Counted from the whole stretch's first letter, positions 13,101 to 22,011 are shown. The stretch is DNA of 50,622 nt, filler included, from Dimargaris cristalligena (GCA_003614675.1; 2 parts of 2 records of this genome joined end to end with filler, not necessarily neighbours in it), one strand, 5' to 3'. Made by a program: numbers and translations. The notes: generated by a model not told the origin, from the letters alone.

Positions 13101-14114
13101 CATTTGGTCGGTGGTAGCTACGGTCCCGGTGTTGCGTCTGCTATGGGTATGTGCAATTTCCCCAATGGCCTCAATCCGACGGGTGCTCCTTCTTCCATGC
13201 CCCCCACCAGCTCCGTCCTGCCCAACCGGAAACCGGCCCGGGGTCAGAAACGCAACAGCATGTCCCACCATGGTCAGTCTTCGTACCCGCAAGACCATAG
13301 CGCTAGTGCCTCCGCCTGGGTGGAGGATGCCACTGATGCGGCGGTCTGGACTATTGTGGGGACCGAATTCGCCCAGTACACCTTCAAACCCAGTTCAAGC
13401 GGGGAAGTGATTATGACGTCTGGCCCAATGCCATTTGATATGGTGGCCTCTGCAGGCGCCGGACCGCCCGGGTCCGCCCATGCCATGTCCGCCGGAGTGA
13501 CCCAACAGCCACCTCCCGGCCCGCCTTCCTCAGGCCATCATCACATTCCGCACCATTCCGCTGCCGGTATGATGCTTGACCCCCACGGCCAGGGCGGCAC
13601 ACCATCATTTTTACAAACCGGGTTTGGACATCCCTCCGCCATGGGCGGCTTTGGCGAGATGATGGCTTCCTCAACCATCAATACCGGTCCGATAACTCAT
13701 AACGTCACCTGCGGGGAGTCATGCATGTCGTTGGCCCAGCTTCGCAGTGGCAACCCGGATGCGGACAATAATGGCGACAATGACCAACTGGACGGGAACG
13801 GTGAAACGACCAATGGTCACGCTAGCGACGGCGAGGGTACACCTCCTAATGTTAATACCGTGCTCCGCCCAGTGTTGACAGTACTTGGTGATAATTACAC
13901 AAGAGATGTAACGGTATGGTTCGGCAACATACCCAGTCCATGGGTGGAATTCCACAGCCCCCAAGTGCTGGTCTGTGTCGCACCCATACCGGGGGACCAG
14001 GGTTTCAGGGATGAGTTACGGGGCACTACCGTACCCGTCTTCATTCGCACTGCCGAAGGGAGTGCTGACAATTCACCAGCGTTCCTCGCAACCGGTCAGT
14101 CCTACACTCTATAA
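10170..14114 (+). CDS. CSL (CBF1/RBP-J, Su(H), LAG-1) family transcription factor, fungal class F2 (Cbf12-like), ~1314 aa, intronless
   Basis: LAG1 DNA-binding motif TPKVAQKSYGSEKRFLCPPP and KPIKVISKPSKKRQS, beta-trefoil motif LFNRLRSQTVSTKYL, PVSQLHKVAF, C-terminal IPT-like VLGDNYTRDVTVWFG. Long His/Gln/Ser/Pro-rich N-terminus. First in-frame ATG is 10170 (the ORF track starts at a TTG). Confidence 0.93.
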   Translation: MGHLDAGYSGDLAAAFESPDLDGSDAAGSTAQVKKRRMTLPTLEPVSAADGSSTPHTALATPTPGDTPFGLATWPEQGIPHSSAAAYQDPHHIATTTAEELIHQHHHLHHHHHHHQQQQQQQQQQHNFYAWTQQDPSLFLQSQNPFNLVSQSSADLSSSNHSDATLQDNSYNNGAMNQGFPPHSFPNNPHSHTSNHHQPQQHLSHQHSHNHHNPALGHPGMSVNSAYFIKEEPETVDPATTTSSSNTTPSTMGTFDNSIEGLTFSPGSDVPRPLPPRVSRVLSHRSPMRGNRFSSKKPRSLSLAFDKSLAAAAEGNIDPNATHSPGPITPAMFSPSFVEALNTPTGHESPMFFHFSSPGVEPSQLIHNNVDMGFPLGDGLHSPAHMNTTFAQALDSAAGVTMDPSSLALAHNGGLSMGMPFSALHSPLRSRVNSLTPFPPNPSTPLSPHTPMGDNSMATSLMSMAMMNGMAGYNHPQVSVTAAPPSNPIPTSNAAGGHHLVALNKDFGVAPSALGLGGVYRPDDEEKCIIIMTPKVAQKSYGSEKRFLCPPPTVLLLSSNWYIPPYQISPNTAYRELLNLAGPKISVGIPNETSSQPAQFEWVGNGLKSAPANIDPAADNTITGRCVSKNLFINEADEKRKKVDVHVRLQTPTGENIGMFQSKPIKVISKPSKKRQSLKNIELCIHHGTTVSLFNRLRSQTVSTKYLGASNSIASGGPRPDWSKQPQSASGGSENTFFVARTNNWDPFAIWIANPHQAMVEADNYQSHPPMPGYPPIPAIAVQPRMASDFSGAGESGSGNNGTMVAPSSGTDPNTGLAVTNSSSGGPIPIHYNQHVVLQCLSTGMVSPVMIIRKVEKGSLATGGVYSSDPGREVMGDPVSQLHKVAFEIHTPHVEPGTTYPNGDKGQYLACLSEVVGTQLGSGGKKPSSHLATPPNSTDGEISPTTPKHNMGPPHHLMDAHAAAVAAGNVPPHPHAHHLVGGSYGPGVASAMGMCNFPNGLNPTGAPSSMPPTSSVLPNRKPARGQKRNSMSHHGQSSYPQDHSASASAWVEDATDAAVWTIVGTEFAQYTFKPSSSGEVIMTSGPMPFDMVASAGAGPPGSAHAMSAGVTQQPPPGPPSSGHHHIPHHSAAGMMLDPHGQGGTPSFLQTGFGHPSAMGGFGEMMASSTINTGPITHNVTCGESCMSLAQLRSGNPDADNNGDNDQLDGNGETTNGHASDGEGTPPNVNTVLRPVLTVLGDNYTRDVTVWFGNIPSPWVEFHSPQVLVCVAPIPGDQGFRDELRGTTVPVFIRTAEGSADNSPAFLATGQSYTL

Positions 14115-14288
14115 AGGTAGAGATGACGACGGTGGCTGCCGGTGATGCGTTGAGCGAAAGGGCACTGGGGGGGTAGGATCAGTGTGGGGTAGAGGGGGAT
14201 AGGTTATATTTTTAAGGGGGTTTCATGGAACGGTAGTGTGATAAATACCCTGTTCCATGATTAATTTCATCTCACCCTAGCTTTCCTC

Positions 14289-14292
<4 letters not shown>

Positions 14293-14325
<33 letters not shown>
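14293..14325. repeat. (CT)16 microsatellite in CSL 3' region
   Basis: Directly visible. Confidence 0.95.
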
Positions 14326-14328
<3 letters not shown>

Positions 14329-14789
14329 TGCACGGATATTACCCAATTGACTTACAATGACGTCGGAATCGACATTATGGGGAATGCTAATAACATTATA
14401 TATATTTACATATATAGTTGATTTATATTTTTGGACCGGCTGTAATTTGTACATGGTAGCCGTGGCCCTATTATATTCTATTTTTCGTTTGTTTTTGTGA
14501 ATGGATAATGCATAATTGTTTAAAGTTTCTTTTCGTTCTCATCTGTCATTTTTTATCTGGGTCATTCCTACCCACTCCATTTTTTTTCCTGGTGCTTTCT
14601 CTTGCACGATTTGATTAATTTTTGGTATGAGAGCACATCTATGCTATAATCCATCATTTTGTCTTAGCATCGTTCCTATTCTTTAAAACACCATATATAT
14701 GTGTGTCTCTATATTGATAATGACAACGAAGACAATGACAATGATGGCTGCTCTTCACTTTCAGCGGCAAATTGAGTATCAATTTTGAA

Positions 14790-14817
14790 ATATATATATA
14801 TATATATATATAATATA
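14790..14817. repeat. (TA)n microsatellite
   Basis: Directly visible. Confidence 0.9.
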
Positions 14818-14977
14818 TGTATGTTACTATTATTATTATTTTTCTTGATTGCGATATTAACTTGCCCTATTTATTATTACTATTCAAGCCCGTCTTCTCG
14901 TTAATCTCATATCGACTGTTTGATAACCTATTGCTTTTTAGTTTGATGATTGGCGTATATAGTTCATGTACACTGTT

Positions 14978-14980
<3 letters not shown>

Positions 14981-15024
<44 letters not shown>
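14981..15024. repeat. (TC)22 microsatellite
   Basis: Directly visible. Confidence 0.95.
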
Positions 15025-15029
<5 letters not shown>

Positions 15030-15636
15030 CGTACACATACTATAAATATACATTATATATTACTTTATCAATCTGCTGACACTTACAGTACTATATTTTC
15101 GTTTGCGATTAATATGCTCCTTATTTGGCCTCGACGAACCCTTGCCTTTTTTTTTCTTCTAACCATCCAGTAAATATACTCTATATATTGCTATTATACC
15201 AATCATTACAATAAATCTGGTAATGGTTGCGTATGATAATTAATTGGCATAGGGGGACCCACCAACTTGTGTGGGGTATAATTAAATGATGTTGTTAGAA
15301 ATACCTATGATCACCTTCAATGTCGCTGTAGTTGATATATCCAGTATATATATTATCCATATATTTTATTTTGTCTCCAACGGAGTGGTAAAAAAACAAG
15401 GGGCTGGTTAAATTGAATGCAACCAGTAAACATAAGGGGGGGGGCTATTATTAAGAGTTGAGGCGGCCTACGGCGGGGATGCCTGACCATCAAATATGGT
15501 TTGGACCCATATTAGCAACAATATATCATTGTTGGCCTATAGTGCTCCGACGAATGGCGAATCATAGCAGACCTGGGCGCTCCGTATTCCACTCTTCAGT
15601 GATTGTTTGAATTCATTATTCTTAATATATATATAT

Positions 15637-15772
15637 GGGAGAAGTTCATCCAAGCTGTATACCAAAAAATCCATTGGATGGGGCCAATACTACTAGTTAA
15701 AAATAAATTTCCCATATATTCTCCTGTACATGTATAATGTCAACCTTTATATAGTTGGGCTGAATTTCACCC
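15637..15772 (+). mobile_element. MITE copy 2 (first unit of a head-to-tail dimer)
   Basis: GGGAGAAGTTCATCCAAGCTGTATA...GCTGAATTTCACCC, 136 bp, flanked by ATAT on both sides. Confidence 0.85.
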
Positions 15773-15776
15773 ATAT

Positions 15777-15912
15777 GGGAGAGGTTCAACCAGGCTTTAT
15801 AACTAAAAATCCGCTGGATGAGGCTAACATTATTGGTTGAAAACGAACCTCCCGTATATTTTCCGATACGCGCATTGTTTAAAGTCTTACACCGTTGGGC
15901 CGAATATCATTC
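15777..15912 (+). mobile_element. MITE copy 3 (second unit of the dimer)
   Basis: GGGAGAGGTTCAACCAGGCTTTATAA...GCCGAATATCATTC, 136 bp. Shares the ATAT at 15773-15776 with copy 2. Confidence 0.8.
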
Positions 15913-16878
15913 ATATATATATAACTGCCCGCCTTCCTCCAATGACAATTGAGCAGAGTCGGCTTGGACTATCCACAACACACATTCACATGTTATAAAT
16001 AGTCAGCTAGGGCCAACGGAATATAGGGGGGAGGGAGCGGGGGTGGGGGGGGGGGGTTGGGGCTAGGGCTGTAACACAGGCAGTAGTGAGGGGGAGTGAG
16101 GAAGGTGGAAGAGGGTGTGAAAGAAAAAAAAACGGCAGAGGGGTCAGCAGGTGTGTCTCTCTCTCATTGGGGACTGGACCAACAAGAAAAGCAAAGGAAT
16201 AATAGATTAAATATGTGAATTTTTTTATTGTTAAAAAACCCCTTGAATTCTATTGATCCGTGCAAATTAATTATATCAATGGGATGGTAAGGTCTATTAA
16301 GACGAGACCAGTTCGAACCAGGCGGGTAAAAAGGAAAGGGAGAGACGCTTCATTGGTTTGTTACACCCATTATTATTATACTCCCCGGGCTTGTAAATAA
16401 TCAATCTTAATCCATTTTACTAATGTATTTTCGCGACCAACCGTTGTACAGACTGGTTTAAGTTGGTCGGAGGTATATGCTGGTCTTCGGGAATAAAAAA
16501 ACGGGTCCAATTTACTATCCCTATCGAACGAATGGGTCGGTCACCGATACATTTGATAAATGTGTTGACCATAGGGGGTTTTGACAATAGTATAATAGAT
16601 ATTTTAGTATTGCGCAGTGTCTGACTAAAGGAAATCGACATCACATGGATTTTCTTTAAACGCCAAGGGGTTTGATAAATGGACTCAGTTAATCAGTCCA
16701 CTATCTGTTTAATAGTAGCGACGGCGTTTCTGTGCCAATGAATACTTCAGTGTTCTTGTTAAAGTAGCCCAACTCGCTAAAAATAAGTTACATCAAATGG
16801 ACCTATCGTTGTTAGCCCACACAGCGCTGAACCTCTTCCCCTCACACATCCCACCAGACAAAGAAAGAAAAAAAGAAG

Positions 16879-16962
16879 TCCGAGAACCCGGATTTGAACC
16901 AGGGACCTAGAGATATCATATTAAACTACAGTCTCCCGCTCTACCAACTGAGCTATTCTCGG
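16879..16962 (-). tRNA. tRNA-Tyr(GTA) with 11-nt intron
   Basis: Minus strand CCGAGAA TAGCTCAGTTGGTAGAGC GGGAGA CTGTAG[tttaatatgat]A TCTCT AGGTC CCTGGTTCAAATCCGGG TTCTCGG A. Full cloverleaf, intron at canonical 37/38, oligo-T terminator downstream. Confidence 0.96.
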
Positions 16963-17264
16963 CTCCACGTCAGGAATTAGCTAACGCAGTATTAGAATTA
17001 GTACAGCACTAAAACCAACCCCGGCGTGTCTTCTGTATTTATTGCCAATTTCTTAATGGTTGGCATTGGGTGGCATATGAAATTGGCTAGACTCACCCCT
17101 CCAAGATTTATACACAGTGTGATCATATCAGTTTGTTATTTACCCGTGGCATCATTTACGGGTTTGCTATTTTATCATAATATGGAACATTGTTGCCATA
17201 ACACATGTAAACGGCCAGTCATCGGTTTGGATTTTGGCCCAGCGTTGCTATCATGATATAGTTT

Positions 17265-17820
17265 TTACCTTATACTGGTTGTCACTCGGAGTGACTTCAT
17301 GCCTTTTTGAATACCCACAAATGGCCGGCAACTCGGCTCAATATACCCATCTTGTCCTTCACCGCCATCCTTACGAGTACTGAAACGCTCGCTTCAATTA
17401 TTAGGAGGGTAACAGAATATAATGAACTGGTTTTGGTATTCCATCTTCTCATGTAAACGGCGGCTCGGCACACGGCAGTGAAGTCCGACTTCTATTAGAT
17501 GATCCGTTCATTTAGGCATGGGAATGGAATCAGGGACCTGAGGGGATACTCTGCCGCTATCCCCGAAGTGCTTGAACTCGTGATTGAATTCGGAAGGGAC
17601 CAGTGTGTTGATCCTGCAAGATTAAGTGATATTGCGGTCACATTCTCTTCTTTATTGATCACCCAGTCCCACTGATAAACTTGGGGAGTGTATGTGGGTT
17701 TGTCCGAAACGAAATAGCCGACTGGGGTTTCCCAAGTATCTGTCGGTCTGGAGAAATTACGGTGGATATTTTTTTATTGGCATGTTACTCTAACGGATAC
17801 AGTGTAAATAGCCATCTCTG
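17265..17820 (-). pseudogene. Possible decayed protein-coding sequence of unknown family
   Basis: 17265-17621 is a 119-codon frame interrupted only by two TGA (17508-10, 17394-96), and most of it lies between a splice-like TTGCAG and AG|GTAAAA. A second long open frame overlaps its upstream end. Confidence 0.3.
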
Positions 17821-18738
17821 CAGTTTTTTAAACCGAGGATGCACTAAAATGATAGAGGGGGCTATTCAATGGTAATGTTTTTTCCAACGTGAATTGAATA
17901 GATCGAAATCGCCCACTTGTCCAACCACTCCCTCGTAGGTCGGATAGCGCTCACTAATGGGTTCTCATTATCTATGTTCCGCTCCTCTTCTGCATATCAA
18001 ACATATGGCTGGATGTCAACTTATACTCTTGTAAGGTATGGGGAGTGATTTCGTAGTTCAACGGCAATAATATTACGGATTCATAATGGGCCTATTACCA
18101 ACCTCAAATTTAACCAACCCTGGCCTAGGTTTAAGGACATGGATAGCCTAGCCACCCCAGGTCATTTTTATTCCAGTGGGAATCCCTTCGTTCCTAAACG
18201 GTCTTTAAACGATGTCGGCAATAGACATCGCTTAATATTGAACTAATATAGAATATATCACATAGATTACATGGACCTTTTCTACCGCGTCCCAATTCAG
18301 AGCCGACTTTCCGTATCTGAGCCCAATGCGTTCACGCAGATACGCCAGTACCATTATGCCTCCAATGGGATATCTGGTTTGATCATTCTTCAACCAGTTT
18401 TGTTGTGGGTGTGACTTGGCCACAATTACCTGATATAGAGGCGCCAACCAGTGAGAGAGTTCGAGGGATCCTATTCGGCCAATAGTTTTGCCGCCAGTCA
18501 ATAGTCGGTAGAAGGGATGGAAACAAGGAAGGCAATGGCAGGGCGAGAGGAAGTGTTGGTTGTAGCCGATTATTGGTGTTTTGCTTTCTCTGTGGTGGAA
18601 TAATGTGGGAGTGTAACGGACTGCGGTGTTACATGTGTCCCGATTTAATTGAGGAAAGCACAGCAAGTTTCGGCTGCAGGTACAGCAGTGCATACCCCGG
18701 CCTCGACTTCTATTCGCGCGCCTGGTGGGGGCGTGGAA

Positions 18739-19571
18739 ATGGTAAATGGCCCAGCGGTGGTGTGGGCCTCATCTACTTTTTTCTCGCATCCCCGCTTCCA
18801 TTGCCACTGTTTTGCTTCTCTAAAAGATAATATATTGCTATATTCGACCTCCGGTGAGTCGCTGTCAAATTACCAATTGGTCGGTGGGGTTCGTGAGGAG
18901 AGGGTATGGAATCTACATCCTCTTTTCCCCTCACTAACACCTTGCATTGGATATTTTATTTTTACATAAAAACGCAGGGTCTGTCCCGCCCCGCGCCACC
19001 AAAGTAACACATCTTCACCTGCTGGAGTTTGATAGTCCGTTATTATTTTTTGGTAGTGAAACCCCCCTCCTCCTATCCGCCCGCCCTATTTATTGACATT
19101 AGTCTGTTGCCCACCTTTTAGTGCATTTCTTTTTCGTTTAGCCTATATGGTTAGTGGACATTGCTTAGTAGCAGCACCATTACCCTCATTTCGGAATTCA
19201 ACATTAATTATATATACTTCGTAACCACTCTTAATCCCTCTATTTAGTCCCTTTGTTCTGGTCACGAGAAGCAACTGCGCTGTCCTCGTCGTCTCTTTGC
19301 ATGTGCGCCGTATCCCTCTATATCACTAATATTCATTTAAACTAACTACCTTTATTAAGTTCCTATTCCCCCTGCTCCGGAACACAGTACCTTCTCTCCT
19401 TGGCCTCGCTCCGCTCACCTGATGGACAAGAAACTGGAGGTCACCAAAGGGGGTATCGGGGAGTATCCACGGTAAGTCTTGAATATAGTTATTATCTTTA
19501 AAGGGACTCTTCGTTAAAACCTTAAAACCAGACGCCCTTTATTATTTTGATTTCTTCATAACCCTAGTTAG
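18739..19571 (+). other. Multi-intron 5' leader / upstream spliced ORF in front of the ABCD4-like CDS
   Basis: Predicted introns: 18854-18977 (GTGAGT..CTAAC..CGCAG), 19035-19141 (GTCCGT..TTTAG), 19150-19247 (GTTAGT..TTTAG), 19303-19359 (GTGCGC..CTAAC..TAAG) and 19472-19567/19571 (GTAAGT..CTAG/TTAG). One frame stays open across all exons. Confidence 0.45.
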
Positions 19572-19600
19572 CTCGCATTCCCCTCACCTTCCTCACCCCC

Positions 19601-21838
19601 ATGAACTCCCAATACTCACGCGCCCAATCTCCCTCGTTTTCCACCCCTCTACTTAACGCCAATGTACCCTTACCTTCCACCATTAACCCCCACTTGTTGT
19701 CTCTGGATAGTGAGGAAGCCCCTCGGTACAGCCTCAACTGGGATGTAGTCAAGCGTATCGCGCAGCTGACCCAACTGCAGTTTCGGCCGCCCCACTCGCC
19801 CTACGGGTCTGTCTTCATTGCCTGCATTCTTCTGATTCTCGTCAGCGGGGGTAATGAAGTGACCGTTTATTTCACCGGTTTGATTCCCAGCCAGTTCTAT
19901 AGCGTTCTGGTGGGCAAAGATACCGCCAAGTTCGGCCCGCTCCTGGGAAAGAGTCTGGGCATTGTAGTGGCGTCCGGGGTGGGAAAAGCCCTCACCATGT
20001 ACTTCAGCGGCATGTACCAAGTGCGCACCCGGCTGGTGCTAAGCCACTATATCCAATCCCGCTATGTCCAACCCAACGCCATGTACCCTATTGTCAGCCG
20101 GGAACTGGCCGACAATCCCGACCAGCGCATCACCCAGGACGTGGACAAATTCGCGCGGACCTCGTCGGAACTCCTGCGGGACTTGCTCGTGGCCCCCGTC
20201 CTGGTGGTATTGTATACCGTCCAGACCTGGAACGTGACGGGGTACTTCGGTCCCGTACTCATTTACGCCTTCTTTATCGTCGGGGCGGTCATTTCCCGGT
20301 TCCTCATGACGCCGGTTATCAGCTTAGTATATGCCCAGGAACGGCAGGAAGGGGTGTTCCGGTTCCAGCACGTGTTCAACCGCACCCACGCTGAAGCCAT
20401 CGGTCTCCAGCGCGGCGAGAACTACGAACATCTCCGCCTCAACCAATCTCTGCTGACCATCGTACAGTGGCAGCGCTTGATTGTACAGCGTACGTTTTGG
20501 CTTAATTTGGCCACCCTCACGTTCGGCTACCTTGGCTCCATTCTCAGCTACTTGGTCATTGGTATCCCCATTCTGAGCGGCTGGTACGACGATAGGGACG
20601 CCGCCGGTCTGTCTGAACTCATTAGTAAGGCGTCCTTTTTGAGCATGTATTTGGTTTACCAGTTTACGGTAATTGTCCAAAAGGCCACGTCGTTTTCGGA
20701 CTTTGCGGGCTATGTGGTGCGTATCACCCAGCTTATTGATATTCTAAACGACGAGTCGCTGCGGCCGGCGAAGCCCACCACCACGGATGATACCGGCTCG
20801 GAATCGGACAGCGAGCTCCAGGGCCTAACCGGCGAAAGTCCGCGGGCGCCCAAGCTGGAGGATGAAAGGACTGCTGCGCTGGAGGTTAATAGTCTGAGCT
20901 ATACTCTCCCCACGGGCCGCCTCCTCTTTCAGAATCTGACGTTCCGGCTCGAACCCGGCCAGAACCTCTTTATTACCGGCCCCAATGGCAGCGGGAAAAG
21001 CTCGCTGGTGCGTATCCTCAGCGGGTTATGGCAGCCCAGCTCGGGCGTGGTGAACGTACCGCGTAGTAGCATGCCCCACCCCTCCATCATGTATTTCCCT
21101 CAGAGCCCATTCCTTACCCTAGGTTCCCTCTACGACCAAGTAGTGTACCCCAATCCGGCCATCAGCGCCACCAATAATTTCGAACACAGCTTCTCGTTAC
21201 TGGACCGCGTACTCCGCTGGGTCTGGCAGCGTTTCCGGCTGGCTGAAGCCGGCCCCAACGGCTCATCTTCCCATACGGCCGGCAATCACCAGTCTACTTC
21301 AACTTCGCCCTATTTGAAGGACCTCAACGACGATTCACTCAATGATGAATCCGATTCCATGTCGCCTAAACCCACCCGACGCAGCAGCGGCCCAGATACT
21401 ACCCATGCGGCCACGACGACTAAACCCCGGGCCGGGGAACGGGGCGCTGGTTTCTACCAATCGGCCAGCGACGCCGCACACCGCGTCCTCTCGGACGACG
21501 ACCTCATCGAATTGCTCGACCTAGTTGGTCTGGATCGGCTAGCCCGCACCATGCCCCTCCACCAGACCTACGACTCATCGTACTGGACCCAATGCCTTTC
21601 CCCCGGCGAACAACAGAAGCTCGTCTTCGCCCGGCTCCTCTTTTTCCAGCCGCGGTTTGCCGTGTTGGACGAGGGAACGTCCTCTATTGATGCGGCGAGT
21701 GTTACCAAGCTTTACACCCTCGGCCAGTCCCGCGGCATCACTTTTATCACCATTAGCCACCAGGAGATCCTGAAGGCGTTCCACCAACTTGGACTTACGC
21801 TGGATGGCCAGGGCTCTTACACTCTGGAGTCGTTCTAG
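19601..21838 (+). CDS. ABCD4: ABC subfamily D half-transporter, ABCD4-like (lysosomal/vacuolar cobalamin exporter type), 745 aa
   Basis: GLIPSQFYSVL, DNPDQRITQDVDKF, QERQEGVFRFQHVFNRTHAEAI (EAA-like), Walker A GPNGSGKSS, signature LSPGEQQK, Walker B AVLDEGTS, H-loop ITISH. The GLIPSQ and LSPGE motifs are ABCD4-type rather than ABCD1-3/Pxa-type. Confidence 0.88.
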   Translation: MNSQYSRAQSPSFSTPLLNANVPLPSTINPHLLSLDSEEAPRYSLNWDVVKRIAQLTQLQFRPPHSPYGSVFIACILLILVSGGNEVTVYFTGLIPSQFYSVLVGKDTAKFGPLLGKSLGIVVASGVGKALTMYFSGMYQVRTRLVLSHYIQSRYVQPNAMYPIVSRELADNPDQRITQDVDKFARTSSELLRDLLVAPVLVVLYTVQTWNVTGYFGPVLIYAFFIVGAVISRFLMTPVISLVYAQERQEGVFRFQHVFNRTHAEAIGLQRGENYEHLRLNQSLLTIVQWQRLIVQRTFWLNLATLTFGYLGSILSYLVIGIPILSGWYDDRDAAGLSELISKASFLSMYLVYQFTVIVQKATSFSDFAGYVVRITQLIDILNDESLRPAKPTTTDDTGSESDSELQGLTGESPRAPKLEDERTAALEVNSLSYTLPTGRLLFQNLTFRLEPGQNLFITGPNGSGKSSLVRILSGLWQPSSGVVNVPRSSMPHPSIMYFPQSPFLTLGSLYDQVVYPNPAISATNNFEHSFSLLDRVLRWVWQRFRLAEAGPNGSSSHTAGNHQSTSTSPYLKDLNDDSLNDESDSMSPKPTRRSSGPDTTHAATTTKPRAGERGAGFYQSASDAAHRVLSDDDLIELLDLVGLDRLARTMPLHQTYDSSYWTQCLSPGEQQKLVFARLLFFQPRFAVLDEGTSSIDAASVTKLYTLGQSRGITFITISHQEILKAFHQLGLTLDGQGSYTLESF

Positions 21839-21875
21839 TTTAATAAATTTGAAACGTATTTGTTAAAAAAAAAAT

Positions 21876-22011
21876 GGGTGAAGTTCAGCTTGGTTGTATA
21901 AGGTTTTAACCAATATGTATATGGGAGAATTGGTGGGATGTTAATTTTCAACCAGTAGTACTTGCCTCATCAAATGGATATTTCGTTATACAGCCTTGTT
22001 GAGCTACTCCC
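21876..22011 (-). mobile_element. MITE copy 4 (136 bp, TSD AAAT/AAAT)
   Basis: GGGTGAAGTTCAGCTTGGTTGTATAA...TTATACAGCCTTGTTGAGCTACTCCC, flanked by AAAT at 21872-75 and 22012-15, 37 bp after the ABCD4 stop. Confidence 0.88.

Noticed and set aside
15637..15912. CRISPR-like or SINE interpretation of the 136-bp repeat
   Set aside because: No spacer array, no intact Pol III A/B boxes and no tail. TIRs plus a 4-bp TSD indicate a MITE.
19303..19471. U12-type (minor) introns suggested by GTATCC motifs
   Set aside because: The motifs lack the full RTATCCTT donor and TCCTTAAC branch site, and all modelled introns fit U2 GT-AG.
18739..19600. Cobalamin riboswitch or intronic C/D snoRNAs in the ABCD4 leader
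   Set aside because: Only isolated fragments (GCCACTG, GTGAGGA) are seen, with no B12-box and no paired C and D boxes. A covariance-model search would be needed.
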